In this document: piece after piece, positions 17,619 to 20,619 of the stretch
How the letters are laid out: every line of letters starts with the position of its first letter
Numbering within the stretch: the first letter of the stretch is position 1
Assembly: GCA_964536865.1 (NCBI GenBank)
Contig: CAZHYN010000005.1
Span: 56,829 to 77,447, forward strand
Source: an uncultured Planctomycetia bacterium
Lineage (GTDB): Bacteria > Omnitrophota > Gorgyraeia > Duberdicusellales > 4484-171
DNA length: 20,619 nt
Reading direction: 5' to 3'
Program-made: the position numbers and the translations under genes
The notes under the pieces: model-generated
The model's input: the letters and a program-made list of their open reading frames with translations, nothing else
Databases searched by the model: none
Told to the model about the DNA's origin: nothing

Positions 17619-17627
17619 AATAAATTA

Positions 17628-18022
17628 TCATAAATACCTAAACACCTGCAAAGCAGTTTTTCTCCAATCGAAATTGACTAATCTCTTTTTTCCTTTTCTT
17701 ATCAGTTCTTTTCTTAAATTACTACCTTCTATCAGTTCTTCTATTTTTTAGATAAACTCTCATAATCATATGAATCTATCAAAATTGCTGCATCATCTGT
17801 TATTTCAGGAATAGAACCTCTATTTGTAGCTATTACGGAAACTCCTCAAGCAAAAGATTCTAAAATTGGCAATCCAAATCCTTCATATAGAGAGGAGATA
17901 ATTGGAATAAGTGCGTTAGAAAGTAAAACTTTTATCAGAAGATTCCTTACTAAATTACATACATATACAGAAATTCCACACTTAGAATAAGCTAAAATTC
18001 TTGCGTTAACTCCTATTCGCAT
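17628..18022 (-). pseudogene. Decayed GT4 glycosyltransferase (internal deletion, nonsense codon, frameshift)
   Basis: Hand translation gives the GT4 N-terminus MRIGVNARILAYSKCGISVYVCNLVRNLL joined after ~45 codons directly to the C-terminal core SLYEGFGLPILESFA*GVSVIATNRGSIPEI. The TGA at 17846-17848 sits where GT4 has Cys. A 1-nt frameshift in the A6 run (17744-17749) precedes the tail IEELIEGSNLRKELIRKGKKRLVNFDWRKTALQVFRYL*. Confidence 0.75.
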
Positions 18023-18077
18023 TTTTCTCTAAGAGATACCCTTCCCTTTAAACTTCATTCTTTCAATTTTTCTTCTT

Positions 18078-18113
18078 TCAATGCCTTAGACCCTACACAA
18101 GCGAAATAATGTC
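18078..18113 (-). pseudogene. 36-bp relic of the 3' end of a second XRE-HTH gene
   Basis: aatgccttagaccctacacaagcgaaataatgtctc matches 14431-14466 (3' end of the intact HTH gene, ...ETLFRLCKVLGI) at 32/36 positions in the same orientation. It lies 2 nt downstream of the GT4 stop codon. Confidence 0.7.
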
Positions 18114-18115
18114 TC

Positions 18116-19201
18116 TTAGGTAGTAATTCCCTCTATGAGTGTCTTATACTTAGTTCCCATATTATAAATTCTGAACTCCTTCGCCTTTTCTAACCCCTTT
18201 ATTATTAGCTTTTCTCTATAATTAGAATTACTGAGAACATTCATAATACCATTTGCGATACTCTCTACATCATAAGGGCTTACCAATTCTGCACATCCTA
18301 AAGCAACCTCTCTTATAGAGCCAACATCTGAAGCCACCACAGGAACACCACAGGCAAAAGCCTCCACTACAGGAAAACCAAAGCCTTCATAAAAAGAAGG
18401 ATAGACCAAAATCTTTGCTCCATTATAGAGGTAAACTAAATCTTCCTCATTAACATACCCTAAATAGACCACTTTATTTTTTGCTTCATAACTCTCCATA
18501 AATAAATCTACTTCCCTGTAAGATTTTACCTTTTTGCCTACGATAACTAATTTAACTTTAGGGAATTTCTTTATTATGTAAAGAAATGCTTTAAGCAAAG
18601 AAATAAGATTCTTTCTTCGTTCTATAGAAGAAACAAAAAGTAAGTAATCATCCTCTATGCCAAATCTTCTCAACTTTTTCCTTATTATCTTTTGATTATC
18701 TATTTTTCTATAAACCAAATCTAAGGCAGGATAGATTACTTCTGTTTTTTCTTTGATATAGGGATAAAATTTAAGTAAATCACTCAAAGTATTCTTTGAT
18801 ATACATACCACCTTATCAGCTCTTTTAAGTCTTTGAGGTAAAAAACTAACTAACTTCTCTTTAGCATCTGTGCTGGAGAACTCCTCAACTACTAAGGGTA
18901 TTAAATCATGGAGGATTAAGATAAATTTGCCATAGTATGGAGAAAACTCATAAGAAGAACTAACGTGGATATCAGCAGGGGGATACTCTTTCTTAAACCC
19001 ATTACAGTAGATAATACCTTTACGATTAAGTTTAGGGGGCTTTTTCCTAAATTCACTCCACCTTTTTCGATAGTAAAGAATGAATCTGTATTTTTCTTCA
19101 CTAAAAGTTACACAAAAGCTTTTAAGTAAAGAAAGAGTAAACTTACCGATACCTGTAACAGTAGGTTTCAAGGTAGAATTAACATCTATGCATATATCCA
19201 T
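18116..19201 (-). CDS. Glycosyltransferase family 4 (GT-B, retaining type)
   Basis: YPSFYEGFGFPVVEAFACGVPVVASDVGSIREV carries the E-x7-E motif region. 361 aa. Confidence 0.8.
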   Translation of the reverse strand: MDICIDVNSTLKPTVTGIGKFTLSLLKSFCVTFSEEKYRFILYYRKRWSEFRKKPPKLNRKGIIYCNGFKKEYPPADIHVSSSYEFSPYYGKFILILHDLIPLVVEEFSSTDAKEKLVSFLPQRLKRADKVVCISKNTLSDLLKFYPYIKEKTEVIYPALDLVYRKIDNQKIIRKKLRRFGIEDDYLLFVSSIERRKNLISLLKAFLYIIKKFPKVKLVIVGKKVKSYREVDLFMESYEAKNKVVYLGYVNEEDLVYLYNGAKILVYPSFYEGFGFPVVEAFACGVPVVASDVGSIREVALGCAELVSPYDVESIANGIMNVLSNSNYREKLIIKGLEKAKEFRIYNMGTKYKTLIEGITT

Positions 19202-19207
19202 CTTTTC

Positions 19208-19315
19208 TTATATATTTTCCTTCTTTTCTTTATCCTTCACATACTCTTTAAATTTTCTACATATGCTTAAATTTTTTATACATACGTTTACACCGAATGA
19301 TATGAGAAAAAACAT
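19208..19315 (-). CDS. Possible 35-aa leader/small ORF upstream of GT4
   Basis: MFFLISFGVNVCIKNLSICRKFKEYVKDKEKKENI*. A strong GGAGGGAGG Shine-Dalgarno, contributed by repeat copy B, lies 3 nt upstream of the ATG. The stop is 6 nt before the GT4 ATG, which lacks its own Shine-Dalgarno. Confidence 0.25.
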   Translation of the reverse strand: MFFLISFGVNVCIKNLSICRKFKEYVKDKEKKENI

Positions 19316-19321
19316 CTTCCT

Positions 19322-19367
19322 CCCTCCAAATGAGACATTCTAAGTCAGACTTGTTTTGTCTCATTTG
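19322..19367. repeat. 46-bp palindromic repeat, copy B (inverted relative to 9401-9446)
   Basis: ccctccaaatgagacattctaagtcagacttgttttgtctcatttg matches the reverse complement of copy A at 45/46 positions. Confidence 0.9.
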
Positions 19368-19413
19368 GAAATCTAATACCCAAATATACCTATGATTTTT
19401 TATAGTAAACCCC

Positions 19414-19463
19414 AAACCACGCCCTTACCCCCCGCCCTTTCAAGGAAAGGGTGGGGTGGTTTT
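19414..19463. terminator. GC-rich stem-loop, candidate intrinsic (possibly bidirectional) terminator
   Basis: Core stem CCCCGCCCTTTC-aag-GAAAGGGTGGGG (19430-19456; one G:T pair). Possible outer helix AAACCAC/GTGGTTT. A TTTT run follows on the plus strand and a weaker T-rich stretch on the minus strand. Lies ~80 nt downstream of the DUF3108-like gene stop. Confidence 0.45.
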
Positions 19464-19544
19464 CTGTGATTGGGGGTAAATATCTTTTGTAATTTTCCAA
19501 AGAACCAAATCAATTCTGAATTTTTCTTTACCATTCTTACCTGT

Positions 19545-20303
19545 TTAAGTTACTGATACTAAGGAAACAGAAAGAAAACCTAATGCAGAGAATACTCTAA
19601 CAAAGATAGGAAGATGGGGGTTATCTAACATAACCATCAGGAAAGTAGAAGAGTGTCTTAAGTTTCCATCCCTTCTTTTAACCTCCCCCCTAATCCAAAA
19701 TACTTTCTTCCCATGAAGTTTTTTGCTTTCTTCTACTTTAGCGATGAGTCTGTAATTTTTCTGATTGGTATTTATATTTAGGTCTATAACTTCTCCCTTT
19801 TTTAGACCTTTTCTATTTAAAAATGAAAAAAGTAATGATAAAGGGTCATAGGTAGGAGGATAAATTACTCTTTTTTCTCCTCCTATCTCCATAAACTGCT
19901 CGCTCTGATGGTAAATCACAACCTTCCTTTCAGGAACTTTACCCTGTATTTGAAGATCCTGGGTAAACTTTACAGGCAGGAGAGTATCCTCATCTATGAA
20001 AGAGTCGACCTCTACCTTAACTTTACGAAAAAAATCAAAGAACTTATTGGGTTTAGCATAAGCTTTTATATGGTAGACTCTCTTGCCACCTAACTCCTCA
20101 ACTCCCTTATTTTCCATAATAACTTCTCCTAAAGGGATAAAGTTAGCATAACTTACCCTAAATACTAACTTCTCTATACTTTTTTTACTATCAAGATTCA
20201 ATCTTTTTGCTATAAAAGAGGGACTATTAATAACATTAGATACTACTAAAACAAAAAGAACTAAAACCACTATACCTAAAAATATAACTCTTACATACCT
20301 CAT
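19545..20303 (-). CDS. DUF3108-like envelope protein with N-terminal membrane anchor/signal
   Basis: Hydrophobic N-terminus VIFLGIVVLVLFVLVV. FRVSYANFIPLGEVIMEN...YHIKAYAKPNKFFDFFRKVKVEVDSFIDEDTLLP resembles DUF3108 proteins. AGGAGG Shine-Dalgarno upstream. Confidence 0.55.
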   Translation of the reverse strand: MRYVRVIFLGIVVLVLFVLVVSNVINSPSFIAKRLNLDSKKSIEKLVFRVSYANFIPLGEVIMENKGVEELGGKRVYHIKAYAKPNKFFDFFRKVKVEVDSFIDEDTLLPVKFTQDLQIQGKVPERKVVIYHQSEQFMEIGGEKRVIYPPTYDPLSLLFSFLNRKGLKKGEVIDLNINTNQKNYRLIAKVEESKKLHGKKVFWIRGEVKRRDGNLRHSSTFLMVMLDNPHLPIFVRVFSALGFLSVSLVSVT

Positions 20304-20386
20304 AAATTCCTCCTTTCGTTATGTAATCTGAGCTCTTAGTATCGTTTTCCTATTCCTATATGAAAGAGAAATTCAGTAATTGGTTA

Positions 20387-20429
20387 ATTATATATCCCTA
20401 TAACTCTTCTATCAAGAGAGAATCTTGAT
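20387..20429 (-). promoter_or_regulatory. Candidate promoter TTGATA-17-TATAAT with a 7-bp palindrome over the -35
   Basis: Minus-strand -35 at 20410-20415 and -10 at 20387-20392. ATCAAGA-gagaa-TCTTGAT (20411-20429) overlaps the -35. Lies ~85 nt upstream of the DUF3108-like gene ATG. Confidence 0.4.
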
Positions 20430-20506
20430 ATTCCTAAAGATTTAAAAGTAGCTTACGTTTCAAAAAGAAGAAATCAGGGAGTTTTCCTTTGATTTTAATC
20501 CGCCTT

Positions 20507-20619
20507 TTAATCATTTATAGATGGCTTGATTGGTTCTGCTTCCACCTCGTAGACATCGATAGGGCCTGTCTTTTGAGTGCACATTATTTTAGAAGGACAC
20601 TTTTGGGTGTGAAAAGTTT
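20507..20619 (-). CDS. 3' end of an unidentified gene running off the window edge
   Basis: Open frame ...TFHTQKCPSKIMCTQKTGPIDVYEVEAEPIKPSIND* on the operon strand. Too short to assign. Confidence 0.3.
   Translation of the reverse strand, partial: TFHTQKCPSKIMCTQKTGPIDVYEVEAEPIKPSIND

Noticed and set aside
17846-17848. In-frame TGA at the conserved Cys position of the decayed GT4, as a possible selenocysteine codon
   Set aside because: The gene also carries a large internal deletion and a frameshift. No SECIS-like hairpin was noticed downstream, and GT4 enzymes are not selenoproteins. Plain nonsense mutation is the simpler reading.
18916-19101. 61-aa minus-strand ORF in an alternative frame inside GT4
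   Set aside because: It is fully nested in the GT4 coding region, which has clear family motifs. There is no independent support.
19080-19343. Plus-strand 87-aa ORF ending in PPNETF*, the same C-terminus as the GT2 at 9425-10240
   Set aside because: The shared C-terminus follows trivially from the 46-bp inverted repeat. The rest of the ORF is antisense to the GT4 N-terminus and looks like a shadow frame. The plus-strand-biased hairpin at 19414-19463 downstream keeps a small doubt alive.
329-20093. Plus-strand ORFs in the track: 329-517, 2006-2281, 2320-2595, 5488-5883, 6636-6956, 8186-8437, 10086-10283, 10861-11043, 12005-12217, 13859-14071, 17196-17444, 17548-17751, 19908-20093
   Set aside because: Each lies antisense inside a well-supported minus-strand gene or pseudogene. 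They have low-complexity Ser/Leu/Phe-rich composition typical of shadow frames, no recognisable motifs and no ribosome-binding sites.
1-20619. CRISPR arrays, rRNA genes, IS elements, transposases and integrases
   Set aside because: No regularly spaced short repeats, no rRNA-like conserved stretches, and no DDE, tyrosine-recombinase or serine-recombinase motifs were found in any long ORF on either strand.

Overview
AT-rich bacterial window. LPS-type genes suggest a diderm, but the taxon cannot be fixed from sequence alone. Every credible gene lies on the minus strand, often with 1-17 nt overlaps, so this is long co-directional transcription. In transcription order (high to low coordinates): a partial ORF and a DUF3108-like envelope protein come first. 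Next is a ~9.9 kb glycan/accessory block: GT4, a decayed GT4, a DUF4143-type AAA+ ATPase, a truncated radical-SAM gene, an AbiEii-like nucleotidyltransferase plus XRE-HTH pair, an unrecognised beta-repeat protein, an SDR epimerase, a CgeB-like GT and two GT2 genes. Core genes follow: a secreted BNR/beta-propeller protein, manC, a GT9 heptosyltransferase, hisG, an untracked 29-aa basic protein, a TPR protein, split transketolase, ispE, spoVG and tRNA-Gln(UUG). The most notable DNA-level signals are: (1) a 46-bp inverted-repeat pair (45/46 identical) that brackets the glycan/accessory block; (2) a 68-bp direct repeat (66/68) around the single ATPase gene, which duplicates the 5' end of the radical-SAM gene; (3) a 36-bp relic of a second XRE-HTH 3' end; (4) a consensus promoter with an 11-bp palindromic operator in front of the nucleotidyltransferase/HTH pair. 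The best candidate for an undescribed system is the reversed-order NTase-HTH pair together with the downstream 334-aa beta-hairpin-repeat protein. No transposase, integrase, CRISPR array or rRNA was seen. All family calls rest on motif recognition by eye; no database search was run.
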